DNA of 64,000 nt, taken from positions 61,826,464 through 61,890,463 of the forward strand of contig NC_043011.1 of the NCBI RefSeq assembly GCF_006345805.1. The letters run 5' to 3'. Below are positions 41,363 through 55,789 of this stretch, piece by piece (the stretch's first letter is position 1; each line of letters opens with the position of its first letter). The position numbers and the translations under genes were made by a program. A model generated the notes under the pieces. The model was not told the DNA's origin and ran no database searches. It was given only the letters and a program-made list of their open reading frames with translations. This stretch comes from Octopus sinensis. Lineage: Eukaryota.

Positions 41363-41518
41363 AGTGCAACTATGTGTGTACAGGGAGCTCGAATAGCGGA
41401 AGAATAGAACGTGAGATTGACAGATAAGTAACACTTGGTGCAGTGTTTACCAGAAGTCAATATACAATGTATTGTAAGCGAAGACGAACATTACACAGTT
41501 GTGTGTGTGTGGTGTGTG

Positions 41519-41553
<35 letters not shown>

Positions 41554-42464
41554 CGTGTGTGTGTGTGTGTGTGTCTATTGTAGTATGGCCGATTGGCTAG
41601 GATCTTTGCTTCGTAACCACGTGGTCTCCGGATCGATCACAAGTTCTGCGTGACAACATAAAAAGTTGTTATTTACCATTTGCGTCGAACGAAGCGATCT
41701 GATAGAATCGTTATCAATCCGGACGAAATGCTTAGTGGCTGCTCGTCCGTCTTTAGTTTCTACAATCAAATGCCACCCAGGGTCAGAGTTAGCTTTTATC
41801 CTTTAGGACGAGATAAAATTAGTACCAGTTGAATACAGGAGTCGCTGTAATTGACTAGGACCCCCTCCTTCAAAATTTCAGGCCTTGTGCCTATAGCAGA
41901 AAAGAGTTGCTATTGCCTCGGTTTAATCCGTATCACGTGAGTTCAAGTGGATAGATAGAAATTATTTAGAATCCCGCCAAATGAATTGTATCTTTAATTT
42001 AAAAGGTAAAGTCCTGTCACAAACTGTGTCTTGAAGAATCTGTGGAATACTCAACCGTTTACACATTAATTCAGGAGCAGTAGATTTAGTCGACCGAACA
42101 ACTTAATCCTCGTCGTCGAATGACGAAGATCCAATAACCATAATAATTATATGGCGACATATTGAACATTCTTACAGTGAATACATTTTTCGTGAAAAGC
42201 TGTTAAAAAGGTGGCGCAGTAAAGTGAAAAATTCAAAGGGGAGTGGATTATAATTATATCTCATGAAACATATATTATATACGTCAGGCCTCTATCAATT
42301 TTCGTCTACCAAATCCTCTTAGAAGGGTTTGGTCGGCCCGAGGCTATAGTTGAAGATATTTGCCCAGGGTGCCATGCAATGGGTTTGAACCCGAAACCCT
42401 ATGGCAGGAAAGCAATATTCTTACCACACAGCCACGCTGCATTGCTCTCTCTCTCTCTCTCTCT

Positions 42465-42513
<49 letters not shown>

Positions 42514-43304
42514 TATCTCTCTCTCTCCCTCTCTCTCCCCAACAGGACCGGATACACCAACACTGCCTATCAGAACGGAGAGGTAAAGCAGCGCTGCTGG
42601 ATATGACGAACGGGTGCGGTTGCACTAACAGACAGGACGAAGGGCTACGCTGAATGGAAATGCATGAGAAACCCCGCTCTACATCTTTGAATTCTCGACT
42701 CCTGATGTTCGTAATTAGATGACTAAAGTATGGTAAAGCGAAAAAAGAAGCTAACCAGGATGATTTAATTATCCAGTTAAGAAGAAGAAAAGAAAATCAA
42801 TAACAGCCGTTGGCTAATGATCTTGTGATAATTAATTACATGTAGGACATTTCTCACATAGTTTCAGGTGACTGTCTCCGTTGCTGACCCACTAGGACGG
42901 TGAACTCGGTGTTCATAGAGTTAATGTGAAGAGCTGTAACAAAAGTTAAAAGGAAGAATATTATTTATATAATTAGGAAAAGAAAGAGATCAATATTATT
43001 CATTGATTAACAACATTTTAATAACTTAATTAAGCATCAATTAATTTCCTCTGTGATACTTGAAATGTATTAAGAACGTTTTATTTCACATAAATAGTTG
43101 CTTCAGTTCCGGTAAAAAATGACGAAGTGTATAAACCGCTTATGAAGGCCAATAAACATAAACGTTCAAAGGTGTCTCCTTTGCCTGCTTGGTTAAAGAC
43201 AAATACGATGCTAGCTAAAAGTCACGAAGGGGTTTCAATTACTAATAACCCCTTTATTTTTTGCTTTAAATTTACAGTATCATAACATCATATTTTAATT
43301 CTTT

Positions 43305-43495
43305 AATTCTTTTCCTTCTTTCAGTCATTTGACTGCGGCCATGCTAGAGCACGGCCTTTAGTCGAACAAATCTACCCCAGAACTTATACTTTGTAGACCT
43401 AGTACTTATTCTGTCGGTGTCTTTTAAGAAGACTAAACCCACCAACATCGGTTGCCAAGTGATGGTGGGGGGACAAAAACAAATACTTATATACA
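43305..43495 (-). mobile_element. SINE family A, 3' half (5' half at 46478-46636)
   Basis: Tail and body end at the position of the internal microsatellite, where the LINE begins. Confidence 0.75.
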
Positions 43496-43499
43496 TACA

Positions 43500-43536
<37 letters not shown>

Positions 43537-43539
<3 letters not shown>

Positions 43540-46465
43540 TTAAATCCTTAAATCCTTAAAAATGTTTTAGCCCGAAGGCCGCGGCCATGCTGGGGCACCA
43601 CCGCTGAATGAGCCACACTAGTTTGTGAATCCACCTCTGATACGTGGCACTTGATCAACAAGGGAGTTCGATGCTGCTGCCCGCATCCGTGTCCCTGTCG
43701 TGAGGTAGGTTCATCTGGGACTCCCAACAAGAAGGGATCCAGTTTAGTTTTAAAGAAACCCACATCCACACCATGTAAGTCTCTCAGGCATTTAGGGAGG
43801 ATGTTGAAAAGCTGTGGTCCTCTGAAACCCAAGCTGTTGCAGTATCTGGACCTGTATTTTGATGGTGATGTTGGAATCCTTGGCACCACGCAGCGGCGCC
43901 CCGTTCTGCGGTTGGAGTAACTTTGAATGCCAAAGTTTGGATAAGACCCTCCAGGATTTTCCAGATTATATTACTGCATATCTCTCCCGCCTCCGCTCCA
44001 GGGAGAAGAGGTTTAATACCTCAGTCTTTCCCAGTAGCTGACATTTTGCATTGAGACGATTTTCTTTGTGTAGCTTCTCTGAGTTGCTTCGAGTTCTGCT
44101 GTTTGTTTTATATTGTGTGGTGACCAAAGTTGGAGCAGTAGTCCAAGCGGCTGAGGACAAATGTTTTCCATAGGACCATCAGTGTCTCCTTCTCTCTTGT
44201 TCTGAAAGTTCGGAGAATCCATCCAGCTAGCCGTCTGCATTTTAATCACCAGATTAGCAATATGCATTGGAAAGATGCATCATTGCTCATGTCAATGCCC
44301 AGGTCACGCACTGATTTTGACTCAGGGATTGCAATTCTTCCTGGGCCAGTGTATCCAGTCTTCACGTCATTTACCTTTGTGTGCCAGTAGCGCAGGGCCT
44401 GGAACTTACCTGCATTAAACTGCATGTTGTTGTCCTCAGCCCACCTGTATATTGTGTCCAGCTCATGTTGCAGATGCGCAATATTTTCAGGGTTCTGTAT
44501 TGCGTGGGAGACCTTTGTGTCATCTGCATAGCTAGCAAGGGTGGTCATCGTAGCAACTGAGGCATGTCTGAAAGGGCCACTATGAACATCAGTGGCCCCA
44601 AGACATTGCCCTGTGGGACAAGCTTGTTATTTGCGTTTCCTGGAGGTGGCTCCATTGCTCACAACTGCCTGGTTTCTGTCTTTTAGGAAGTTGTGCAGCC
44701 ACTCTCCAAGTTTCCCGCCTATGCCGAGACCACGCAGTTTATGACAGATCATACCATGGTCGACTTTATCAAAGGCTTTTGCAAAGTCAAGATATATTAC
44801 ATCCACATTTGAGCCATTTAGTAGCTGTTTCAACACCCAGTCATAGTGCTGCAGGAGCTGTGTTAGGCAGCCTCTACCTGGTCGAAATCCATGCTGGGTG
44901 TCAGACAGTAAGTCATTTTCTTCAAGGAACATGATTAGTTTCTTACGGACTATTCGTTCCATGACTTTGCTGATGTGTGAGGTCAGAGAGATAGGCCTAT
45001 AATTTTTAGCATCTGCTCTGCTACCTCCCTTATGGATAGGGCATATTACCCCCTCTTTCAGTTTGAACTGGGAGCTTACCACTTGCAAGAAAGCTCTGAA
45101 AAAGAAGCTGTAGCGGTTTTGCAAGGGCTCGTTTGCACGATTTGAGAAGGATCGCTGGGAATCCATCAGGTCCAGCAGCTGAGTTTGTGTCAATCTCATC
45201 AATGGCTAGTGTGATATCATCTTCTTCGATGTTGATGTACTCAATTTTTGTCTCTTTGGCCGCTGGTAAAGTGGCAAAGAATTCTTCTGGTTGTTTACTT
45301 GCCTGTGTCCTAGAGGTGTAGTGAACACACTTTGGAACTGTTCGTTCAGTATTTCACTTATCCTCGTGGGATTTCCTGTGAGAGAGCCATCTTTTTGGAA
45401 GAGAGGTCCTATTCTCTGGTGCACTGTGGCTGTCTCTTTGGCAAACTTAAAGAAAGCTTTAGGGTTTGATTTTATATTTTCTATTACCCAAGCTTCTTTA
45501 TCTGCTCTCTCCTTTTCATGGGACTGATGTAGACTTTTCTCAGTTTCCATTAGCATTCTTTCGAGCCGAGACTTCTCACCACTTTTGGTGTGCTTGCTCA
45601 GGCGGTTTGCAATCCTGTCCGTCGTCTCATAAGAATCCTCCTTTCTCTAGGGATCCTGTTTTTATTCTTGTGTGCTGGCCCTGCACATTGGGACATATTT
45701 GTCACATATGGCTTGTATTATGGACATGAAGTGTTTGTGTTTCATTTTATGGCTGTCCGGTGTGGAGAGACATTCAGGCCAATCCTGTTTGAGGATCTCT
45801 TTCTCAATCGACTTCCAGTTGGCTTTATGAAAGTTTAAGTTGAAGAGATGGGGTGCTTCGTATAGGCTGTGTGTTTCTGCGGGGGCTTTTGTTCCATACA
45901 TAGACAGCTCTATTATGTTGTGATCCGAGATCATTGTCGGCATCACATTAATATGATATAATCCATATTGTTTGTAAAGCAGAGATCCAGTATATTACTT
46001 GCCCTTGTTGGTTGCAGAACTATTTGCTCCATGAAAGAGGTATTTGTGAGATGAGCAGGGACTCCACCTGTGCCTGCTGTGGTGTGTCATCCCTGGGAGC
46101 ATCGCCCCCAGGCCATTCCACATTTGGAGGTTAAAGTCACCCATGAAGAATACACTGTTGTGCTGTTCAAGGTTGGTGAGGACTTCTCCTATTTTTGTTA
46201 GGCAGTCTCACAACATGCCTGAGTGTTTTGGGGCGTCTGGTGGGCGATATGTAGTGCATATGACGATATTCAGTGTCTTATGTGTACAATTTGAGTTTCA
46301 CATACTGAGTTTGAATATGACAGCAGGACCTGGGGCGTGAGGTCATCTCGGATGTACATTGCAACTCCACCATGGCTCCTCCCTTTTCTATCTGTGCGTA
46401 TGACTGCATATTGCGGCATGTGTATTTCTGCATCACCTATATCGGGTTCAAGATGCGTTTCTGTA
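43537..46465 (-). mobile_element. 5'-truncated, frameshifted CR1-group LINE (APE endonuclease and reverse transcriptase)
   Basis: APE motifs ETHL, GGVAMY, GDFN and SDHN. RT motifs NYRPISLTS, QHGFRPGR, YLDFAKAFDKVDH and YADDTKV. C-terminal SLERRRERY. Tail ends in (TTTAAGGA)x3. Confidence 0.92.
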
Positions 46466-46477
46466 TATATATACATT

Positions 46478-46636
46478 CGACGGGCTTCTTTCAGTTTCCG
46501 TCTACCAAATCCACTCACAAGGCTTTGGGCGGCCCGGGGCTAAAGTAGAAGACACCTAAGATACTACGCAGTGGGACTGAATCTGGAAACCATGTGGTTG
46601 GTAAGCAAGCTTCTTGCCACACAGCCATGTTGCGCC
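46478..46636 (-). mobile_element. SINE family A, 5' half
   Basis: CGACGGGCTTCTTTCAGTTTCCG... through to the head end TGCGCC. Confidence 0.8.
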
Positions 46637-47022
46637 TATATAGTATATATAAGTCCTAGTACTGCTGCATGGCCGCAGTCAAATGACTAAAACAAGTCAA
46701 AGAATAACTGCACAAGGCCTGAAATTGGGGCGGGGGAGGATCTTGTCGATTATCTCGATCCCTATGCTTAACTGGCTCCTTTTTTTCATTGACTTCGAAA
46801 AGATGACCACAGTAGAATTTGAACCCAGAACATATAACTCGGAAGAAATTCTGCCAAGCAATCTGCTAAGCAATTTGGTTGGTTCCACAAACATAGAGGA
46901 CATTGACCTTGCTTCGGTCTTAACTTGGTCAAAGAAATTATTTGACTTGAATTTTCGCGTAGAAGTGTTGCTGGTGTGGAACCACGGCCTTTTTATTGAG
47001 GAAATATATATATAAATATATG

Positions 47023-47069
<47 letters not shown>

Positions 47070-47544
47070 TATGTATGTATGTATGTATGTATGTATGTAT
47101 GTATGTATGTATGACATTCCTGTATAAATATATAAGAAGTATTTAACAGTTAGTCATACATTAACATATATAATATAAAACGGTTTATTTTAGTGTCATT
47201 CATAAATTAAAATAATCGCTGTTGAAAAACTCTGATTCATACATTAACAGAAATATTTAAATGTCATCAGTCACTGATTAGCATAAAAATGCCATTGGTC
47301 GAATTACAGAAACACCCGGATATGTCCTGATTTAAAGCAGGCCCAGATTATCTTAACATTTCATCATTCTGAGATAGAAAAAAGGCCGATACAATAAATA
47401 CTGGAATCGATATAATTCACTAAAACCCTGTGGCGCACCAGGATGACTAAAGTCAAATGACAGAATGACTAAGAGAACTAAAGTCAAAATGTTCCTGGAA
47501 AACGAAGTTCAAATAGCATTCATATGTTTAGATATGTATATGAT

Positions 47545-48365
47545 TCATATATTTATTTATTTATTGCCCACAGGGGTGGTTACACATGGAGGGGACAAAC
47601 AAGGACAGACAAAGGGATTGAGCCATTTACATTGATCCCAATAAGTATCTGGTACTTATTTAATCGACCCCGAAAAATGAAGGGCAAAGTCGACCTCGGC
47701 GGAATTTGAACTCAGAACGTAACTGCAGACGAAATACTTATTTCTTTATTGCCCACAAGGGGCTAAACATAGAGGGGACAAACAAGGACAGACAAACGGA
47801 TTAAGTCGATTATATCGACCCCAGTGCGTAACTGGTACTTAATTTATCGACCCCAAAAGGATGAAAGGCAAAGTCGACCTCGGTGGAATTTGAACTCAGA
47901 ACGTAACGGCAGACGAAATACCGCTAAGCATTTCGCCCGGGGTGCTAACGTTTCTGCCAACTCGCCACCTTTGGTATGACATATATCCTTTTCTACTCTA
48001 GGCACAAGGCCCGAAATTTAGTGGGGAGGGGCCAGTTGATTAGATCGAGCCCAGTACGCAACTGATACTTAATTTATCGACCTCGAAAGGATGAAAGGCA
48101 AAGTCGACTTCGGCGGAATATGAACTCAGAACATAAAGACAGACGAAATACCTATTTCTTTACTAGCCACAAGGGATTAAACACAGAGGGGACAAACAAG
48201 GACAGACAAACGGATTAAGTTGATTACATCGACTCTAATGCGTAACTGGTACTCAATTTATCGACCCCGAAAGAATGAAAGGCAAAGTCGACCTCGGCAG
48301 AATTTGAACACAGAACATAACGGCAGACGAAATACGGCTAACGTTTCTGCCAGCCCGCCGCCTTG
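47545..48365 (-). mobile_element. Cluster of four head-to-tail SINE B copies
   Basis: GGCAAAGTCGAC(C/T)TCGG recurs at about 47685, 47868, 48097 and 48283. Confidence 0.85.
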
Positions 48366-48653
48366 TATAATTCATATATTAACATAAAAAATGTCTAAAT
48401 ATCATTCATATATTGACATTAATATGTCACTCGTCTGTTTCTATACATGCAGATGAGATTCGTATGTGAGTTAATATATGTAAGTACAGACGTAACGAGC
48501 AGTGATGTTTAGGCTAGACTCACAACGAACAGAATTAACGCGGCGGATTCAGTTTCAAGATCCAGGCACGGTCTTTCATTTCGTTTGCTTCAATCAACAA
48601 TGTTTTTAAGGAGTTGACTGCTATCGCATAACTTACCGTTACACATACATACA

Positions 48654-48687
<34 letters not shown>

Positions 48688-49362
48688 CGTACTAAATACG
48701 TACACTTTTCATTCATCCTACTGCATGTATGTACATCTATCCCTTTCTCTCTCCCTCTCTCTATGTATATGTAATCTCACCTTCTCTCTGCATATATACG
48801 TATGTGTGTGTATGTATATACACACTGACACACACCCCACACACAACACACACACACACACACACAGGATATATATATAGATATATAGTATATATATATA
48901 TATATATATATACATATACACAATACACACACCCACATATTATTTGTATGCATGTAATGTGTATGTGTGTATGTAAATGACCATTCCGAAATATAACAAT
49001 ATATATATATATCGAGGCACTCCGTCGGTTACGATGACGAGGGTACCAGTTGAGCCGATCAACGGAACAAACTGCTCGTAAAATTAACGTGCAAGTGGCT
49101 GAGCACTCCGCAGGGAAATTCAGCATGACACAGAATGTGACAAGGCTGACCCTTTGAAAATACAGGTACAACAAAAACAGGAAGAAAAAGTGAGAGAAAG
49201 TTGTTCGCCACCCACCCCACTGCCGGAGCCTCGTGGAGCTTTAGGTGTTTTCGCTCAATAAACACTCACTGGGAATCGAAGCTGCAATCCTACGACCGCG
49301 AGTCCGCTGCCCTAACGACTGGGACATTGCGTATCCACACACAGTCTCACACACACACACAA

Positions 49363-49395
<33 letters not shown>

Positions 49396-50560
49396 TGTTT
49401 TAGCTTTCATTTCTGTAGAGACGAGTAGCTTAGTGGTTAGGGTGTTGCGTTCATGATCGTAAGATTGGTCTTTCGGTATATGGGTAGGGGTGATGTGTTT
49501 TGTTTTTCAGCAAAACACTTCGTTTCACGTTGATATAATTCAGTCAGCTAACAAAAAGGGGTGATATGGGGGAGCCGTGACGGTCCTGGTAAACAGGCAA
49601 TGAATGGTGGACCTGCTTAAATAAACAAGCAGAAGGGAATTTTCGGACTGACAGGTCATGCGCCTACTCTGGAGTTGGACGTTACCTTTTGTTATTTTCT
49701 CTGCAGGGTGTTTTTGTATTTTATTTGCATTCTGGTATATGTAATAATTTCGTCTGTCTTCATGCTCTGAGTCCAAATGCCGCCGGGGTAGACTTTGCCT
49801 TTCATCCTTTCGGGGTCGATAGAATAAGTAACAGTTGATCACTGCGATCGATGTAACCCACTTAACGCTCCCCCTAAATTGCTGGCCTTGTGCCAAAATT
49901 TGAAACCATTATATATGTAATAATTAGACTATATATAACCCGCTTTATTGTGTTTTGTTATGCGCCTGTTCCGCCGGTTGCGTGAAACCGACCAGTAGTA
50001 TAAAAAAAAATGGGGTCCGCCGCCTTATAGAATTCTTCTAGTTCTTTGTCTTCTGGTGTTTAAGGGCGGTAGACTTTATCTGTTGCCTGACATCTCAGAG
50101 TAGCTTTAGAGGAGACCACAGTGTTGCAAGCATTCTAGCCAAAGAAATGCGGTCGTCCCTTTCACCACTCTAAGAACTCCTTTAAAAAGATACAAGCGCT
50201 ACTTTCCAAGCCGACTCTAAGATTAAAAACATAAATATTTGATACGCTATAAAGATTTAAAAGAATCAGTGAATGGAGATTAATTCTTGACTAAATAAAC
50301 AATTTTTTTTTCGCTATGTCTGAAACTGAGAATTACCAAGTTATTTTTGGAAACTAGGTAAATATTACCTGCGTGAATCAGATTCTATCTTCTTCTTTCT
50401 CTTTCTCTTTTTCTTTTTCTCTTTTTTCCTTGCTTCTGGAATTATAATGCAAAAAAAATTAACTACTTGGTGCTGATGAAACTCTAAAACCTAAGGTAAC
50501 TTAATAAATCTTCTTCTTCTTCTTCTCTTCTTCTTCTTATTATTATTATTATTATTATTA

Positions 50561-50591
<31 letters not shown>

Positions 50592-50812
50592 TTCTTCTTT
50601 TGCAACGAAAGACGAATCCCGCTGAAGCTTTTTGTCAGAGAAAACGACGTCACATTTTAACAATTTTTCATTTAACGTTCACTGCTTTTGTTTGTTTGTT
50701 GGTTTGATAATTCTTTGTTGTTTTTTATCTGTTCTTGATTTCGTTTTCCGGAATCTGAACATGTACTCTACAACTGAAATGTATACTATCTATAGAACAT
50801 ATGCGTCTGCGC

Positions 50813-50851
<39 letters not shown>

Positions 50852-50998
50852 TGTGTGAGAGAGAGAGAGAGAGAGCGTTTAATTTTACAAATAGAGAAAA
50901 GAGAACTCAATTCATAAAACATGCATTGCCACAGCATGGCTGCAGTCCAATGAGCAAAACATGTAAACGATACATACATACAAACATATGTATACACA

Positions 50999-51049
<51 letters not shown>

Positions 51050-51553
51050 CCACACACACACACATATATATTTCAAATTATGGCTGTGTTGTAAGAAGCT
51101 TGCTTCCCAACCACATTGTTCCGGGTTCAGTCCCGTTGCGCGGCAACTTGGGCAAATGTCTTCTCCTCTGACCTCGGGCTGACCAAATCCTTGTGATTAC
51201 ATTTGGTAGAGGGAAACTGAAAGAAGCCCGTTGTCCTTATATATATATATATATATACAAAACCGGAGTGGCAAACATACGAATTCAGTCACTTACCGTT
51301 AATAGCGAACACGGTGTTTCTGGATCACAAACATCATAAAAAAAAGGGAGAGTTGAATTCCGTCATCAGCGCTATATTCGATAGCTTTATCAAATGCCAC
51401 CAGCCCTCACTTCTGACCCGCGACATCAGATAGTGGGGGGAAGTGCGCAGATGTTAAAACCAAGTAACGACTGGGAACGTAAATTTTCCCTCCAAAATTC
51501 TGCCATGCGCGCCTTCTGGGTAATCGTAATGGAATGAGGAATCCACATGGTAA

Positions 51554-51998
51554 TACAATAAAATGGTAAATAATTTTCCTGTGGCTTTTCATGTAACCAA
51601 CAATTATTTACCGGTAAATTTCGGTATGTAAATATGACAAAATAATTGTCAAGACCTTTGTAAGGTTCAGTATATAGTAAAGAAAAATAAGTTGGCTACA
51701 GCAAGCTGTTTTCGCCTCATACCGAAGGAATTAGAAATGGCAGTCAAAGACCGTTTTTCCATTTCTATAAGTGGAGATTCCAAAAAGAAGGAAAAAAACG
51801 GTCTTTGACTGCCATTTCTAATTCCTTCGGTATGAGGCGAAACAGCTTGCTGCTAGCCACTTATTTTTCTTTACTATATACTGAACCTATAACAAGGTCT
51901 TGACAATTAATTTTGTCGTATTTACATACCGAAATTTACCGGTAAATAATTGTTGGTTTACATGAAAAACCACCGGAAATTATTTACCATTTTTATTG

Positions 51999-52000
<2 letters not shown>
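51554..52000. repeat. Long fold-back palindrome (arms about 210 bp)
   Basis: Near-perfect reverse-complement arms. They share TTAGAAAT(G/A)GCAGTCAAAGA with the 54230-54447 family. Confidence 0.9.
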
Positions 52001-52029
<29 letters not shown>

Positions 52030-53149
52030 ATATATATATATATATTTCTATGGTGTTGTGTGTGGTGTGTGTGTGTGTGTGTGTTTGTGTGTTTGTGTCT
52101 GTGCTTCGGCAAATAAGAACCGATAAAATAAGTACTAAGCTTACACAGAAAAAGCTAGACATGCTCCTATATACTTAAATGATAAACTTCTGGAAAGCTC
52201 TAGTATATATGTACGTACGTACGTATGTATGTATGTGCCTGTGCATATATGTATGTATGCGTGTGCGTGTATTTGCAGATATATATTCATATATACATAC
52301 ATGCGTACTCACACACATACACACATTCAACCATGCATGAAATTCATCCATACAGATATACGCGCACACACACGCACATACACATATAGATATACGAACG
52401 TACAAAAACAAACAGATATATTAACAATAATATGGTAAGGTCGCCAGAAATCTTATGAAATACCGATTAATCTTAGCTGCAGTTTAACATGTCGATAGAA
52501 TATGTCTACGGAATCGGTTTATGATACTAGTTACTTAACATGAGATGAAAGAGATAACCATGGACAAGATTCTTATCTGAGAAAACCTGCAGAGAATTCC
52601 AACTGTTAAGTAAACATATGAACGCAGATATATGTGTCCTACTGAGAGACATACGGAAGCACGCGCAGTGTAGATTTGATCCCGTGAAATACCTATAGAC
52701 TTGTGGGTGGGGGAGTGGGTTCAGGTTTAGATTTACATGTTCTTCAAAAAAACAGATCGTCTATTGTATGATCAGAGGTGAAATGTTTTTTTCTGATGAC
52801 GTATTTACATAACTTCACTGATGGGTATCAGTCATCTTGTTAACGTCAAATTAAAGGTGAGCTGGCAGACAAGGGCACACACGAACACAAGTGAACAAGG
52901 CCATTCACACACGCAGATGTATATGCGTGTATGCATCTCCATATAATGTATATATATATATATATATAATTTTAAAATAGGATCAAATCTTTATTCATAT
53001 ATATATATATATATATATATGATTTTAAAATAACATAAAATCTTTATATATACATATATTTAAAATCAATACATACATACATATATGTATATATAAACAC
53101 ACACATATGTATGTATATATGCATGCGTATTTATGTATACATGCGTTTG

Positions 53150-53196
<47 letters not shown>

Positions 53197-53585
53197 GTGT
53201 GCGTGCGTGCGCGCGCGTGCGTATGTAAATAAATATTTTAAACACAGAACCTTCCATCTATGTCTTCCTGTTTATCAACAATAATGAGAAAAGGGCGAAA
53301 GTCTGAATGATAGAAGAAAGGTGTAGCAAAATGCCGAAACGATATCTTGCTCCATGCCATTCCACATTCTTCTATGATCTGGCAAGTTACTTCAAAATAT
53401 TTTTAAAACACTGGTAACTATTGTTGGAAGTTGTATCCACGGTGTTTACATATATACAAACCTTTATATATACAATAATGTGCAAATTGACACGGCCAAC
53501 TCACACCCACTCACACATACATACATACACACATACATACATACATACATACATACATACATACATACATACATACATACATACA

Positions 53586-53617
<32 letters not shown>

Positions 53618-53950
53618 CATGCGTGTCTGTATGTGTCTGGGTGTGTGTCTGTGTATCTGTGTGCGTGTGGGTATTTTCTAATTGCTACTTGATTTAGTCA
53701 TTAGACAGCGACCGTACTTCGCTGCGGTCATGAAGGGTCTGGCCGAACAAATAGATCCCTAATTCTTTTGTAAGCCGGATACTCGTTCAACGGAGCACTC
53801 TTTTGCCAAACTGCTAGGTTATGAGGACTTAAACGAACCAACACCGGTTGTCAAGTGGTGGAAGAGGAAAACACAAACACCAACACACACAAATACACAT
53901 TTGTATGTGATGTATTCAAAGCAACTACGCCCGTGTCGTTGGCGATTTCT

Positions 53951-53984
53951 TGTCCGACAAAGAGCTATGCTCGAAACGTCAAAC
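53951..53984 (+). ncRNA. Hammerhead-like motif, HHR family 2, diverged (G8A)
   Basis: CCGACAA A GAGC UAU GCUC GAAAC GUC AAAC. Confidence 0.35.
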
Positions 53985-54082
53985 TCTATCCTTCCACTGA
54001 GCGCCATGCTAATAATTCCTTGTGCAGTTTCCCACGTTTGTTTCTCCTTTAATTCGATTTTTATTCGCTTATCTAAATTGAC

Positions 54083-54129
<47 letters not shown>

Positions 54130-54229
54130 TTATCAGTAATAATATAGGGTGAAATTAATTAATTTGGAATAATCATTAATTTCACCAAGTAGATTTCGGC
54201 ATGTAAAAGACTCATTCGAGGAAAGTTTA

Positions 54230-54447
54230 AGTAATACTAAGTAATTAAGGGTTTAGCAACGATTTGCCTCACCACACACCGAAATTTAGAAATAGCAGTC
54301 AAAGAGTTATAGCTATTCTTTCTACTAAAAGTGCTGTGGTTTTACTGAGATCTCCCTTTTAGTAGAAGAATAGCTATAATTCTTTGACTGCTATTTCTAA
54401 ATTTCGGTGTGTGGTGAGGCAAATCGTTGCTAAACCCTTAATTACTA
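54230..54447. repeat. Inverted pair of a dispersed repeat also present at 3521-3645 and 29270-29370
   Basis: TAATTAAGGGTTTAGCAACGATTTGCCTCACC... and its reverse complement. Confidence 0.85.
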
Positions 54448-54491
54448 TATATATATATATATATATTAATATATATAATATATATATATAT

Positions 54492-54521
<30 letters not shown>

Positions 54522-54523
<2 letters not shown>

Positions 54524-54992
54524 AGAAAAATAGTAAAGTGTGAAAAAACGACAGAAGGCTTAAATGTTAAAAAATATATATATTGTGTCAAAATGTTTGG
54601 AGAATATTGGAAAAATTATTTTTCCTTTCCTTAAAATGACATAATTTTAAAATTTTTAAAGAAATTACCGGTTTCGCGTGTAGCTTTTCAAATTTCTTGT
54701 GACGTTATGTTTATATTGCATGGAGTTATCGTTGTTTTTATTTCCACTACCTCCCCTTATTTAGAAATCTCCTGGAAATAAAAACAACGATAACTCCGTG
54801 CAATATAAACATAACGTCACAAGAATTTGAAAGCTACACGCGAACCGGTAATTTCTTTAAAAATTTTAAAATTATGTCATTTTAGGAAAGGAAAAAAATT
54901 TTTCCAATATTCTCCAGACATATTGACACAAATATATATATATTTAACATTTAAGCCTTCTGTCGTTTTTTCACACTTTACTATTTTCTTAT
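54522..54992. repeat. Long fold-back palindrome (arms about 220 bp)
   Basis: Near-perfect arms. Minus strand 54666-54675 reads GAAAC-CG-GUA. Confidence 0.9.
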
Positions 54993-55029
54993 ATATTCAC
55001 CCACGTGCTTTACCAAACAACTTCTATCT

Positions 55030-55124
<95 letters not shown>

Positions 55125-55199
55125 TATCTATATATATACATATATGTTATAGTGTAGGTATATATATATATTAATGTATATATATATGCATATACATAT

Positions 55200-55740
55200 A
55201 CAGTGCTGCGGATGAGCTACAGTGGAGAGGCTGAGAAAACTGCATCTTTACACCTTGGAGCGAAGACGTGACAGATATTCAACAATCTACACATGGAAAA
55301 CTCTAGAAGGACTGGCACCTAATTTCGGCATTGAGTATTATACAAATCCCAGAACTGACCGTCGTTATATTGTACTAAAGGTACCGTCCACTCCATCTAA
55401 ATTTAGGACCAGGAACTGCAATAGTCTATGGTTCAAAGGCCCACAGCTCTTCAATATCTTGCTAAAAAAAATCTGCATAAAATGGAAGCAGAGGTCTTCA
55501 ATAAGGAACTCGACATCCTGCTCTCCACAATACCGGATGAACCAACAGCCCAACATGTGGTGCAGACGAGGGCAGTGGAATCAAACTCGCTTAATCATCA
55601 AATGAGCCAACAGCTATGACAAAGGCCCATACAGGAGTGGTGATGTGAAACACCCGACACTGACGAAATCAGAAAGACCACGGTGGTGCTCCAGAATGAC
55701 CGCAGCTGCATGGCTGAAACGACTGAAAAAGTAAAAGAGG
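55200..55740 (+). mobile_element. CR1-group LINE 3' end fragment
   Basis: ERLRKLHLYTLERRRDRY...NCNSLWFKGPQLFNIL is homologous to 43548-44040. It ends in a tail followed by GTAAAAGAG. Confidence 0.85.
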
Positions 55741-55751
55741 ATATTTATGTG

Positions 55752-55787
<36 letters not shown>

Positions 55788-55789
<2 letters not shown>

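Noticed and set aside
51825-51855. GGCGAAACAGCUUG in the palindrome arm as a hammerhead half
   Set aside because: It resembles the 6896 motif but lacks the GUH triplet after the palindromic helix.
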